A stretch of DNA of 64,000 nt from Patescibacteria group bacterium (GTDB taxonomy: Bacteria > Patescibacteriota > Patescibacteriia > UBA11705 > DATKZF01). The stretch is taken from positions 80,012-144,011 of the forward strand of contig JBMORT010000006.1 of assembly GCA_049319825.1 (NCBI GenBank), read 5' to 3'. This document shows positions 36,810 to 46,611 of the stretch, in pieces (the first letter of the stretch is position 1; each line of letters starts with the position of its first letter). A program made the translations under genes and the position numbers. A model generated the notes under the pieces. The model searched no databases. It saw nothing but the letters and a program-made list of their open reading frames with translations, and was not told the DNA's origin.

Positions 36810-39800
36810 GTGGTAAAATATAAATCAGTAAATAATTTATCGTTTGTGAACGCTGGTAAAAAGAAAAGCTGGGTATTTTCAATTTTATTATTAGTGGCGC
36901 TGATTGCGGTTTCCGCCAATGTTTTTGTTTTTGAATCTAAGGCGGCAGTTACCAAGTATATCAACTATCAGGGGAAATTGACGGACAATTTGGGAAATCC
37001 GGTAGTCGACGGACCTTATACCATTCGTTTTCGAATATATAATCACGCGACCAACGACGCTGCCAATCCCTGCAATCCGGGAGTAAACTCATGCTTGTGG
37101 GAGGAAACTAAGGTGGTGACCACCACGAGCGGTTTGTTCACCAGCTATCTTGGCGATTCGACTGGGTTTGTCGATACCAATTTGTTAAATTATAACGGCG
37201 CTTCATATTACCTCGGGGTATTGGTAACCGGCGATACGGAAATGACTCCCAGAAAAAGAATATCGGGCGCTTTGTACGCTTTGAACTCCGATCGTTTGGG
37301 CGGCAAGCAGGAATCGGCATTTGCCGATTTAGGCGAAGCGGAGTCAATCAGCGGACACTGGACTTTTGCCAACGCATCCACTGACATTCAAAATACTTTA
37401 TATACCGATCAAGTTTTTGTGGACGTGGGCGGCACCAATGTTGATTTGGAGTCAACGGCCACGCCCACGACATCCGGCGCTTTTGCGATTGGCGTCAATG
37501 ATGAATTCACCCATTCAAATAGCCTAAACGTTCAAGATGTGCTGGATGATTTGGACGCGGCCATTCCGGCCGGCGGAGTGGCGCCCGCAAACGCGACATA
37601 TTTGGTGAATAGCGCGGATCCGACTTTAACCAATGAAGTGGTGGTTTCGGCTTTAACGGCGAATTTGGCCATTCAGGGCGATGATGCCGCGTCCAGAACC
37701 ATCACCTTGGGTCAGACCGGTGCTTTTAATGACTTGGTTGTCATTGATGCCGGCAATTGGTCGGTGGACGCGGCGGGCAATTCGTCATTTTCCGGCAATT
37801 TGACCACGACAGCGGGTGATTTGATAGTCGGCACGACCGGTTTAAGCGAGACTACCGCGCCAAATGACAGCGGAGCTTATTTGGTGGGAGCATTCGATGA
37901 ATTTACTTATTCCGCTTCGACTAACGTTCAGGCGGTGCTTAATGACTTGGACGCGGCGCTTGGCGCGATCGATTTGTTTACCGACGGCGGCGCCACGACT
38001 TATCGGACCGACACGGCAGACAATTTCGCGATTGGCGCGGCGAGCTTAGCAGCGCCGTTTAGCGTCAATGTGGGTCAAAATACGGTCCGGCTGGGATCCG
38101 GTGCGGGTACAAATTCTCATTTAATCATGTATGATAACGCCGGCGCATCCGGAGACATGGCTTATGGATCTGACGCGTGGACTTACAGCGGCGGATCGAT
38201 AAATTATTTGTTCGGCGCCACTCAGCGATTAAATATTGACGCGTCCAGCACCACTCATACCGATACTCAAGGAGTGATCAATATCGATCTGACTTCAGAT
38301 ACTTCATTTGTATCCGCGATTGACGTTAAGACCAAGTCAAGCGCGGGTTTGTCGGCCGGCGCCTATCCGTTCGGATTTAAATCTCACTTGGTGCCCAACA
38401 GCGGCGACAGCGGATCGGCGGCCAGAATCGGATTTTATTCCGACGTGGCCAGCGACGAAGCTTTGGTGGCCGGAGATTTTAAGTCTCAATTGATCGGCTA
38501 CATGTTCTTGGCGGATCCGGCGTTCAGCAATCAAATTTTGGGCACTTCACCGGTGATCGGCTATTTATCCCAGATCAATTCAGCGTCCACGGGGCTGGCG
38601 ACCGGCTTTAGCGCGCAAATGTCGAAATCAAACGTGGGCAATGTTTTTGGAATCGATAATTCGGTCAATACTTCGGCTCTCGGCAGCGGGACCGGCATAA
38701 ACAATAATATCTATCATACCGGCACCGGCAATGCTTTTGGCATCAATTCTTCCGTTCAAAGCGCATCGACGGTCGGTTCCCTGTACGGTGAAGATTATTC
38801 GGTAACGGCTAATGCGGGATTTGGCGGTACAATTTTTGGCTCCAGCACCACAATGGTCAATAATTCAGCGGCCGCGGCCGGCGACCTGACCGGGTCATAT
38901 ATCAGCATCACCAATTCCGGCGGCAGTTCAATCAATGATATTTACGGCGCTCATATTGTCATTGACGATTCAGGCACCTCGGCATTGTCTTACGGAGTCA
39001 GTATTGGCAATGTCGGAGCCAATTATTTGGATTATTTGATGTATTTGGGGGGAAATGCTCATATTGGCGTCGAATTGATATCCAATATCGGCATTGGCAT
39101 TGATTTGGACAATGCCACGATCGCCACTGCCGATGTCCGGTTAAGTCAGGGCACGCAATTGATTGATCTGGGCGCGAGCACGCTGTCTTTTAACTCCCGC
39201 TTGGTTCCAGCCACTCCTAACACCTATGATATCGGCGCCAGTCCGGATAAATGGCGAAACGGATATTTTTCCGGCACGGTTTACGCGGGCAGCACCTTGC
39301 AGCTCTCGGATAGCGGCATTACCGACACCAACAGCAATTTGATTTTAACGGCGTCCGGATCCAATTACGTGGATATTCAAGACACATTATATGTTGACGG
39401 CTTGCAATCCGACGGTGATGCGCTGATTAACGGTGATTTGACAGGCACCGGCGACCTCGGGACAGCGGTTTCACCATGGCCCGCAGCCTACGTGACGACG
39501 CTCAACAGCGCTAATGGCATCAATTCCACCGGTGACACGACTTTTGTGCTGGGAGCGACCGATAAAGTTTTAATCGATGCCAGCTCTGATTTGCATGCCG
39601 CCGCTGGTTCCGGAGCGCTGCAGATAAATTACCGAAGTAATACTTCCAGCGGCGACGCCTTGCTAGTTAACGTGGACACGGCCGGAACTTCGGGACAGCT
39701 GGTTCATGGCGTCAGCACTAATATTAATACTCGAACAGGCGATAATACTCAGGTCAGGGGATATGAACTTCAGTTTACCGATAATGCGGCCACTTCCGAT

Positions 39801-41987
39801 TTGATCGGTATGATACTTTTGGGAAATAAAACCAATAGCGGCCCGTTTTATGGAGTACAATCGAACGTCACACATTCCGGATCTGGAGATTTAGCCGGAT
39901 CGAATCAAACTTTAACTCATTCCGGCACCGGAGATATTTATGGAGAGGATTTTTCGATCAATCAATCGGGTACCGGGTTACTTTACGGATCGCTCAGAGA
40001 TTTGAATTCAGGCGCGTCATCAGTCAATGATTCATTTGATCAATACGTGACGATGACTCATTCCGGTTCCTTTGCCGATTTTACCGGTTACTATTTGGAT
40101 ATGACTCACGATACCACCGCCGCCGGCACTGGCACCGTCAGCGGTTTGGATATTACCATTAGAAATCAAGCTACGGTGCAGGATGCTTTTGGAATAAATT
40201 TGACCATGAATAACTCCAGCAATCCGACCGGCGATGAAATCGGCATGAAAATAACGGCCTCTTCGGCCATAGACAGCTTTATCGCTTTGAGCAATGCCGC
40301 CCAGTTTGGCATTGATATGGATAATGCCAGTTTTTCCAGCTATGATATTCGCTTATCCGACGGAGAATATATAAAAAATGACGCCAACGACACGATTGAA
40401 CTTGGCGGCCGGGTAAATATCCCTGCTTACACCGCCAATCCATTGTATGAATTGAAAATAAATCATACCAACAGTTCAAACGGTGTCGGCGGCATTCAAG
40501 TTGATTTAACCAATACCACCGGCGTTACTTACGGCATTTATTCTGAAAGTGATTCCGCCGATACAGGATCCGCAGCCGGATTATTTAACGCCACCAGTTC
40601 GGGCCGAGGCTTAATGGCCACCAGTTCCAGCGGCTGGGCCGCGTATTTCAGCGGTGGCGAGGGCGTGTATGTGAGCAAGCTTAGCGTCGGCGATACGGCT
40701 TCGCCGGATTATAACACTATCGGCACGGGCGCCGCTTCGCACACCGCGGCCGGTGAAATTGAGGATACCTCAGATTTGTTCATCGCCGACGACCTTGAGG
40801 TCAACGGTTACGCTTGGCTTGATGGCGGTTATACTGATGTCGCTGAATACATTATTGTCACTGAAAACGGGGTTGATCGCCATGTGCAGCACGTGCAGGA
40901 CGGATCAATTCGGAAAACCGATTTGGCTGGCGCCATCATTATTGCTGATTCCACTCATCCGGATAAAGCGACATTGTCATCAACTCCTTACGATAAAAGA
41001 ATAATCGGCATTATCGCCACCAATCCGAGCTTGATTATCAGCGGCGGCATTGATGACGATTATGGATACCCGTTGGTTTTAGCCGGCAGAATTCATACCA
41101 ATGTTTGCGGAGAAAACGGTGACATCGAAATCGGTGATTTTATCACCACTTCGTCAAAGCCCGGATTCGGCATGAAGGCCACGGAGCCGGGTATGGTTGT
41201 CGGCCAGGCGTTGGAATCGTTTAGCGGCGCGCCCGGCGATTGCGCACAGATTTTGGTATTTCAAAATATCGGCTGGTACCATAACGCGGCCGGCTTCGTT
41301 TCCAATAGTGTTACTTTTGGTTTGGAAAGCGTTAGCGAAGGTGATTTCTCGGCAACGCCGGTTTATGGCGGCGGCGATTTGCGCTTGTCCGGATCGTTAT
41401 ACGGTCCTAATAATAAATGGATGATTGATGAAGACGGCGCGTTTACGGTCAAGCAGGCTTTGCCCGGCGGCGCCATCATGGATTTGTATGCTCTAATGTC
41501 GCCTCAGCAGGAAATGATGTTCAGCGGCCAGGGCCGATTAATCGACGGCCGTTCGTCAGTTAATTTCGATCAAAACATCAGTCAGATAATTGAGGATGGT
41601 TATAAAGTGGTGGTTACCCCCACCAATGAGTGCGAAGGGTTGATGGTGCTGGAAAAGTCGGTCGACGGATTTTTGGTCAAAGAATTGAATCAGGGCACTT
41701 CCAGCGCGACTTTTGATTGGCTGGTGATGGCGTCACGATCGTCGTCCGTCGCGCCGTTAATCGAACCGGAAGAATTGGATCTGATCCAGCCCGACCATGA
41801 TGAACCGGCCAGCGACGATGCTGATCCGTCTGAATTATCAGAACCCGAAGCTGAACCGGATATGCCCGATGACCAGGCGATCGCCAGCGGCGATTGGCAA
41901 CCGCTTGTCGAACCAATCATTGAAGACGAAAATCCGGCCAGCGACGACGAGTCCATGGTGGCCAGCGACGATGCCAATCCGATATAG
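36810..41987 (+). CDS. Giant secreted tail-spike/fibre-like protein (1725 aa) with peptidase-G2/IMC-like region and acidic tail
   Basis: Signal/TM; YINYQGKLTD..EMTPRKRI N-terminal domain; two NVQ.VL.DLDAA modules; Gly/Asn/Ser beta-solenoid-like middle; TDVAEY..IIGII..LAGRI..GDFITTSSKPGFGMKA..VVGQALE; FDWLV domain. Confidence 0.85.
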   Translation: MVKYKSVNNLSFVNAGKKKSWVFSILLLVALIAVSANVFVFESKAAVTKYINYQGKLTDNLGNPVVDGPYTIRFRIYNHATNDAANPCNPGVNSCLWEETKVVTTTSGLFTSYLGDSTGFVDTNLLNYNGASYYLGVLVTGDTEMTPRKRISGALYALNSDRLGGKQESAFADLGEAESISGHWTFANASTDIQNTLYTDQVFVDVGGTNVDLESTATPTTSGAFAIGVNDEFTHSNSLNVQDVLDDLDAAIPAGGVAPANATYLVNSADPTLTNEVVVSALTANLAIQGDDAASRTITLGQTGAFNDLVVIDAGNWSVDAAGNSSFSGNLTTTAGDLIVGTTGLSETTAPNDSGAYLVGAFDEFTYSASTNVQAVLNDLDAALGAIDLFTDGGATTYRTDTADNFAIGAASLAAPFSVNVGQNTVRLGSGAGTNSHLIMYDNAGASGDMAYGSDAWTYSGGSINYLFGATQRLNIDASSTTHTDTQGVINIDLTSDTSFVSAIDVKTKSSAGLSAGAYPFGFKSHLVPNSGDSGSAARIGFYSDVASDEALVAGDFKSQLIGYMFLADPAFSNQILGTSPVIGYLSQINSASTGLATGFSAQMSKSNVGNVFGIDNSVNTSALGSGTGINNNIYHTGTGNAFGINSSVQSASTVGSLYGEDYSVTANAGFGGTIFGSSTTMVNNSAAAAGDLTGSYISITNSGGSSINDIYGAHIVIDDSGTSALSYGVSIGNVGANYLDYLMYLGGNAHIGVELISNIGIGIDLDNATIATADVRLSQGTQLIDLGASTLSFNSRLVPATPNTYDIGASPDKWRNGYFSGTVYAGSTLQLSDSGITDTNSNLILTASGSNYVDIQDTLYVDGLQSDGDALINGDLTGTGDLGTAVSPWPAAYVTTLNSANGINSTGDTTFVLGATDKVLIDASSDLHAAAGSGALQINYRSNTSSGDALLVNVDTAGTSGQLVHGVSTNINTRTGDNTQVRGYELQFTDNAATSDLIGMILLGNKTNSGPFYGVQSNVTHSGSGDLAGSNQTLTHSGTGDIYGEDFSINQSGTGLLYGSLRDLNSGASSVNDSFDQYVTMTHSGSFADFTGYYLDMTHDTTAAGTGTVSGLDITIRNQATVQDAFGINLTMNNSSNPTGDEIGMKITASSAIDSFIALSNAAQFGIDMDNASFSSYDIRLSDGEYIKNDANDTIELGGRVNIPAYTANPLYELKINHTNSSNGVGGIQVDLTNTTGVTYGIYSESDSADTGSAAGLFNATSSGRGLMATSSSGWAAYFSGGEGVYVSKLSVGDTASPDYNTIGTGAASHTAAGEIEDTSDLFIADDLEVNGYAWLDGGYTDVAEYIIVTENGVDRHVQHVQDGSIRKTDLAGAIIIADSTHPDKATLSSTPYDKRIIGIIATNPSLIISGGIDDDYGYPLVLAGRIHTNVCGENGDIEIGDFITTSSKPGFGMKATEPGMVVGQALESFSGAPGDCAQILVFQNIGWYHNAAGFVSNSVTFGLESVSEGDFSATPVYGGGDLRLSGSLYGPNNKWMIDEDGAFTVKQALPGGAIMDLYALMSPQQEMMFSGQGRLIDGRSSVNFDQNISQIIEDGYKVVVTPTNECEGLMVLEKSVDGFLVKELNQGTSSATFDWLVMASRSSSVAPLIEPEELDLIQPDHDEPASDDADPSELSEPEAEPDMPDDQAIASGDWQPLVEPIIEDENPASDDESMVASDDANPI

Positions 41988-42013
41988 CGTCCACTGATCA
42001 AATTTGATATAAT

Positions 42014-42046
42014 AAAAGCAGTTTAAACGAATATAAACTGCTTTTT
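42014..42046 (+). terminator. Hairpin after the giant gene and before the O-antigen-ligase-like gene
   Basis: AAAAGCAGTTTA-loop-TAAACTGCTTTTT. Confidence 0.55.
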
Positions 42047-42051
42047 ATTTT

Positions 42052-44364
42052 ATGAAATTCAAGGAAGTTTTAATCGATTTTTTCAGCAATTTCATTTTTA
42101 TTTTTATTTTGCTGACAGCGCTTTCCGTATTGTTTTTTTTACCCCCAAATCTGTTCATTATATTGAGCAAACAGCATTTAACATTGGTCTTATCCGCGCT
42201 GCTGTCATTGTTTTATATAGCGTTTGTATTATTGACCAAAAAGCATGATTTTGTCGGCAATAAAATGATTTACATCGCTCCGTTGGCTTTTTTTATGGGC
42301 GGGCTGATATCAGCGATTTTTTCGACATACCGCTACGCCAGCTTTTGGGGGGTGGAAACATGGGGTCTGAGTTTATGCAGTATCGGCGCTATTCTGGCCA
42401 TATTTTTCATTGTCATCAATTATTTGAATAGAAAAAGATACGACTGGCTGCTATTTTCTTTTCTCGCGGTGTTGGCCGTGGCGCAAGTGATATTCATCAT
42501 GACAGTGGCCGGGGCGCTGAATGTTAATTGGTTGCCGGCGAATTTGGCCGGTCAGAATCAAGGATTGGCTCAGCTATCATTGATCAGTACTTTGATTATT
42601 GGCGGGTTACTGAGCACGGATTTGAATAAAAAGAAGCTGGTAAAAATAACGGCGCTAGTCGGTCTAGCATTGTTAAACCTGATGTCATTGATGATAATCA
42701 ACTCATTGGCCGCATGGTTGGTATTGATGGTCGGCTTGATCGTTTTCGGCGGATTAAATTACTGGCAGCGCCGGGATAAATTCCCCAAAGCGGCCATCAC
42801 GGCGGTGGCGCTGATTGCGGCAACGGCCGCTGCTTGGCTGCTCAGCAGCGCATCGGCTATCCCCAAAGTGCCGCTGGAAATTTTGCCCAACGCCAAAACA
42901 TCTTATCATATCGCCTGGCAGGCCGTTAAAGAGCGGCCGCTGCCGGGCGTTGGCCTGAATAATTATCAGCGGGCTTATAATTTGTATCGGCCGGCGGCCA
43001 TCAATCAAACAGCATTTTGGTCGGAAACTTTTTATTATTCATATTCAAAATTCTCCGATATTTTGACTGGCGGCGGGCTGGTGGCCACAGCCGGGTTTTT
43101 GTTTTTTATCGGATATTTTTCATATTTTTCCCTGCGGCGGTCGCTCAAGCGCCGGCCGGACATTTATGTGTTGGGCTTGACAACCGCCTGGCTGGCTTGG
43201 GTGGTCGGAGCTTTTCTTTTTATTCCCAATTTGGCGGTTGATCTGATGGCCATGATTGTTTTGGCGGGTATTGTCGTTTCTTCCAGCGCAGGAGCCCGTC
43301 CTAAAAGAATCAAGAATAATATTCGCGTCATATTAATTTTCAGTCTGATCGCGCTTTTTATCGCTTCAGCGACATTCCTTCTTTTCGCCGTAAAAAGATT
43401 TGTGGCGGCGCAGGCTTTTTTTCAGGGCATTAAATTTTACAATGAAGAGGCCAGGCAAGAACAGGTGGAAAAGTGGTTGGTTTTGGCGGCCGATTGGGAT
43501 AAAAATAATGATCTTTATCAGCGGCAACTAGCACACTTTTACGCGGCCAAATTGCAGAACCGGATATTGAAAATCGATCAAAACGATTTAAACTCCGAAG
43601 CCGGCTTATCGGAAATTACGGCCATCAGCCAGCAAGCCAATGAATTTGCCACCGCCGCTGTTTCCGTTAATAATGACAATTATTTAAATCATTTGGCTCT
43701 TTATAATTTTTATGAGGTTTCCGGCCGGCTGGCGGCGAATGCCGGGCAGTGGCAAGAAAAAAGTTTGCTTAACGCTTTGGCCACTTACCCGACCAATGTA
43801 TATATTCTTCACCAACTGGCCAAGACAGAATTGTCTCAGGCAGATTTGCTCGTTGGCTTAATCGCTCAAGGCGGGCAGGACGAAGCGGTCTTGGGTGATT
43901 TGAAACTGCAAGCCACGAAAAAGGTTGGTCTGGCCAAGGAATATTCCCAGCGGGCTATCGGTTTAAAGCCGGATTATTTGCCCGCATACTTTTCACTGGG
44001 TGTCGCTCAGTGGCTCGGTGGCGAATTTGAACCGGCTCGGGAGTTAATGTTGCTGCTTGATCAGCAGAACCCGAATGATATTGGGGTAAAATATTATTTG
44101 GCATTGATTATGGAAGCAAACAAAGATACGGCGGCGGCTGTAGAATATTTACAGCAAGCCATTGATTTGGCGCCGACATTTTCCGAAGGGCGGTTAATTT
44201 TAGCCAGATTATATCTGAAACAGAAACAAACCAAGCTCGCTAGACAAACGCTGGAAAAAATTTTAGAATATGATCCGCAAAATGAGCAAGTATTACAAAT
44301 TCTAAGTAATTTTTCAGAAAGTAATATTGCCACGCCATTATCTTTACCGAGCAATATTGATTAA
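42052..44364 (+). CDS. O-antigen ligase-like polytopic membrane protein with C-terminal TPRs
   Basis: About 13 TMs; IAWQAVKERPLPGVGLNNY..AY (Wzy_C-like); TPR patterns AIGLKPDY, AIDLAPTF, ILEYDPQN. Confidence 0.8.
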   Translation: MKFKEVLIDFFSNFIFIFILLTALSVLFFLPPNLFIILSKQHLTLVLSALLSLFYIAFVLLTKKHDFVGNKMIYIAPLAFFMGGLISAIFSTYRYASFWGVETWGLSLCSIGAILAIFFIVINYLNRKRYDWLLFSFLAVLAVAQVIFIMTVAGALNVNWLPANLAGQNQGLAQLSLISTLIIGGLLSTDLNKKKLVKITALVGLALLNLMSLMIINSLAAWLVLMVGLIVFGGLNYWQRRDKFPKAAITAVALIAATAAAWLLSSASAIPKVPLEILPNAKTSYHIAWQAVKERPLPGVGLNNYQRAYNLYRPAAINQTAFWSETFYYSYSKFSDILTGGGLVATAGFLFFIGYFSYFSLRRSLKRRPDIYVLGLTTAWLAWVVGAFLFIPNLAVDLMAMIVLAGIVVSSSAGARPKRIKNNIRVILIFSLIALFIASATFLLFAVKRFVAAQAFFQGIKFYNEEARQEQVEKWLVLAADWDKNNDLYQRQLAHFYAAKLQNRILKIDQNDLNSEAGLSEITAISQQANEFATAAVSVNNDNYLNHLALYNFYEVSGRLAANAGQWQEKSLLNALATYPTNVYILHQLAKTELSQADLLVGLIAQGGQDEAVLGDLKLQATKKVGLAKEYSQRAIGLKPDYLPAYFSLGVAQWLGGEFEPARELMLLLDQQNPNDIGVKYYLALIMEANKDTAAAVEYLQQAIDLAPTFSEGRLILARLYLKQKQTKLARQTLEKILEYDPQNEQVLQILSNFSESNIATPLSLPSNID

Positions 44365-44449
44365 TATTTTATTTCGTTTGACGGCTGGCCGAGCATATAT
44401 TAAGATATAGATACTTTAAAAAGGAGGTAAAATTATTAAAGAAAAACCT

Positions 44450-44878
44450 ATGTTTAAAGATCATGATGATGAAAATTTTTCTCACCAAGAAGGCGACACG
44501 GTCATCGGCCATTCGATTAAAATCGAAGGTGACTTAACCAGCCAAGGAAACATTGTCGTCGAAGGGCAGGTTGTTGGCTCGGTAAAAACTGATAAGCACC
44601 TGAGCGTCGGCCAGCAGGCGAAAGTGGACGCCCAAGTTTCCGCCGGGGAAGCGACCGTTTCAGGCGAGGTCAACGGAAATATTACCGTTACCGGCAAGCT
44701 GGAATTGGCCGGCTCCGCCCGAGTCAACGGGGATATCACAGTGAAAGTATTAAAGGTGGAAGAAGGGGCGTCGATTAACGGCAAGGTGGAAATGGAAGGC
44801 GGACGCGTGCCTGTTTCTCAGCTTGAGAATAGCAAAGAAAAAAATCAAAAAAAGGAAGACGAGGAAGTGGATTTCTAG
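44450..44878 (+). CDS. Bactofilin (polymer-forming cytoskeletal protein)
   Basis: TVIG..IKIEGDL..GNIVVEGQV.G, GEVNGNI, ARVNGDI, LKVEEGASING; AGGAGG upstream. Confidence 0.93.
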   Translation: MFKDHDDENFSHQEGDTVIGHSIKIEGDLTSQGNIVVEGQVVGSVKTDKHLSVGQQAKVDAQVSAGEATVSGEVNGNITVTGKLELAGSARVNGDITVKVLKVEEGASINGKVEMEGGRVPVSQLENSKEKNQKKEDEEVDF

Positions 44879-44896
44879 CATTCATTTATTGAGCGC

Positions 44897-45682
44897 ATGT
44901 ATTATTATTTATACGATTCGTTTTTGAGTGATTCAAAATACGAAAAGACAATAGACAAAATACGTACGCGATTTTTGGATTTGGAAATCCAGGGCCGGCC
45001 CGGACATCTATCCCTGCTCAAAAGCGCCCGCGAGTTAATCGAGGATGAGATTCGAAACGGCGTCAATACCGTGATTGTCGTGGGCAACGACAATACATTT
45101 CTTAAGGTGATTAATGTCATCGCCAAACATGATTTGACATTGGGTATAATTCCCATCGGCGATAATAATAAAATCGCCGAGAGCTTGGGGATTCCGCCGG
45201 AGGAATTGGCCTGCGACACGCTGGCCGCTCGCAAAGTGGAAAAAGTCGATTTGGGCGTAGCCAATGACGTGTATTTTTTTTCCGATTTGAAAATAGAGAA
45301 GGATCTTGGCCGCATTTCTCTGAAAAGAGACGGATTTAAAATCGTGCCGCAGCGCAGCTGCCAATCGGTTCAAATTTACAATTTTTGTTATGAACAGGAA
45401 CACATCGTCAATAATCGCGTGCTCAAAAAGATTAATCCGGCCGACGGCCTGCTTGATTTGGTAGTTGTGGAAAAGAGCATATTGCCTTCGGGTATTTTTC
45501 GTAAAAAAAACGGGTCGCAAAAATTCAGCAATACCATTATGCCGGCCAAACATTTTGAGATAGCCAGCTTCGAATACCTTCCCGTTAAATTGGATAAATA
45601 TTATGTTTTAAAGACGCCGGTTAAAGTATCGGTCGCTGAAAAAAAACTTAAAATCATCGTTGGCAAAAACAGAAAGTTTTAA
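44897..45682 (+). CDS. Diacylglycerol kinase family protein
   Basis: TVIVVGNDNTF, LGIIPIGDNNKIAESLGIP, VDLG, DGLLDLVV. Confidence 0.8.
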   Translation: MYYYLYDSFLSDSKYEKTIDKIRTRFLDLEIQGRPGHLSLLKSARELIEDEIRNGVNTVIVVGNDNTFLKVINVIAKHDLTLGIIPIGDNNKIAESLGIPPEELACDTLAARKVEKVDLGVANDVYFFSDLKIEKDLGRISLKRDGFKIVPQRSCQSVQIYNFCYEQEHIVNNRVLKKINPADGLLDLVVVEKSILPSGIFRKKNGSQKFSNTIMPAKHFEIASFEYLPVKLDKYYVLKTPVKVSVAEKKLKIIVGKNRKF

Positions 45683-45701
45683 TTGATTAAATAAAAAAAT
45701 T

Positions 45702-45890
45702 ATGATGCCCAAAGTTGATCAGGAAAAATGCATCGGCTGCGGCTTTTGCTCGGGCGTGGCGTCTGAAGTTTTTCGCCTGAATGAAGAGGGAAAGTCGGAA
45801 GTGATTTCAGGCGTTGATTTTAGCCAGCATGAAGAAAAAATAAAAACAGCTGCCCAAGGCTGCCCTGTTGCCGCGATAACGATTGAATAG
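45702..45890 (+). CDS. Ferredoxin (single Fe-S cluster)
   Basis: VDQEKCIGCGFC...AAQGCPVAAI. Confidence 0.93.
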   Translation: MMPKVDQEKCIGCGFCSGVASEVFRLNEEGKSEVISGVDFSQHEEKIKTAAQGCPVAAITIE

Positions 45891-46078
45891 CTCGATTTTT
45901 TGGAAGGCAGGTAAAATAACGGATTGACATTTCGGTATTTTTGTTATATTATTATTTAATCCGCGGTATTTGTTATGTGCGGCAGATTCGTTCACTACAT
46001 TAAAAATTGCCAGTTGTCTGTTGTAAAATTGGTTATCTTTTGACTTTGATTTTTAACTGTAACTTTAACGTATTTTCG

Positions 46079-46166
46079 GCCGGGGTGGTGAAATTTGGTA
46101 TACACGCTACCTTGAGGTGGTAGTGGGCGCAAGCCCGTGCAGGTTCAAATCCTGTCCCCGGCACCA
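46079..46166 (+). tRNA. tRNA-Leu(GAG)
   Basis: GCCGGGG..CTACC-TTGAGGT-GGTAG, long variable arm GGGCGCAAGCCC, GGTTCAAATCC, CCCCGGC-ACCA. Upstream TTGACA-17-TATTAT (45924-45952). Confidence 0.96.
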
Positions 46167-46396
46167 GCCTTCGCGCCAGCGAAGGCTGTCGTCCGAAGCT
46201 TTATGCGAAGGACGACATCTTGATTAGCAGTAAACGTAATAATTGGCTGGCGCTTCGGCTGGCAGGCCATTCTTCTCTCGCTTGAGCGAAGAATGTCCTC
46301 CGGAGCTGTCCTTCATTAAAATTTCGGACAGCGAAGGAGGGCAGGTAGATACGCTCATACCGTTTTTATTGACGCGAGCTTCGAACGGCACAGCCG
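46164..46396. repeat. Array of nested TTC/TTC (GAA/GAA) hairpin repeats starting at the tRNA-Leu CCA
   Basis: CCAGCCTTCGCGCCAGC..GCTGGCGCTTCGGCTGGCAGGCC (46164-46268); nested GTCGTCCGAAGC..GCGAAGGACGAC; TGTCCTCCGGAGC..GCGAAGGAGGGCA; GAGCTTCGAACGGCACAGCC. Confidence 0.75.
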
Positions 46397-46611
46397 GTTT
46401 CCAGCGTCCATTCCCATATTTTTATTCCCAGCGTGCGGCGCGGCCATATAGATTAGAAAGTAATCATCGCGAAAAATGGGGAGTCAATAACAATCAAGTC
46501 TTCAAAATGCCGATGTCCGTTGGGACATTTTTTTTGTTTACAAGCGATTGTTTATAAAATTTTGCTCGAAAGTTGAGTTTTTGATATAATTAAAATCAAA
46601 TAGATTCATAT

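Noticed and set aside
18243-41987. Prophage suggested by tail-fibre-like proteins
   Set aside because: No integrase, terminase, capsid or portal genes; the proteins carry signal peptides and sit among housekeeping genes.
46243-46557. 104-aa ORF after tRNA-Leu
   Set aside because: TTG start with no RBS, running through the palindromic repeat array; no protein-like features.
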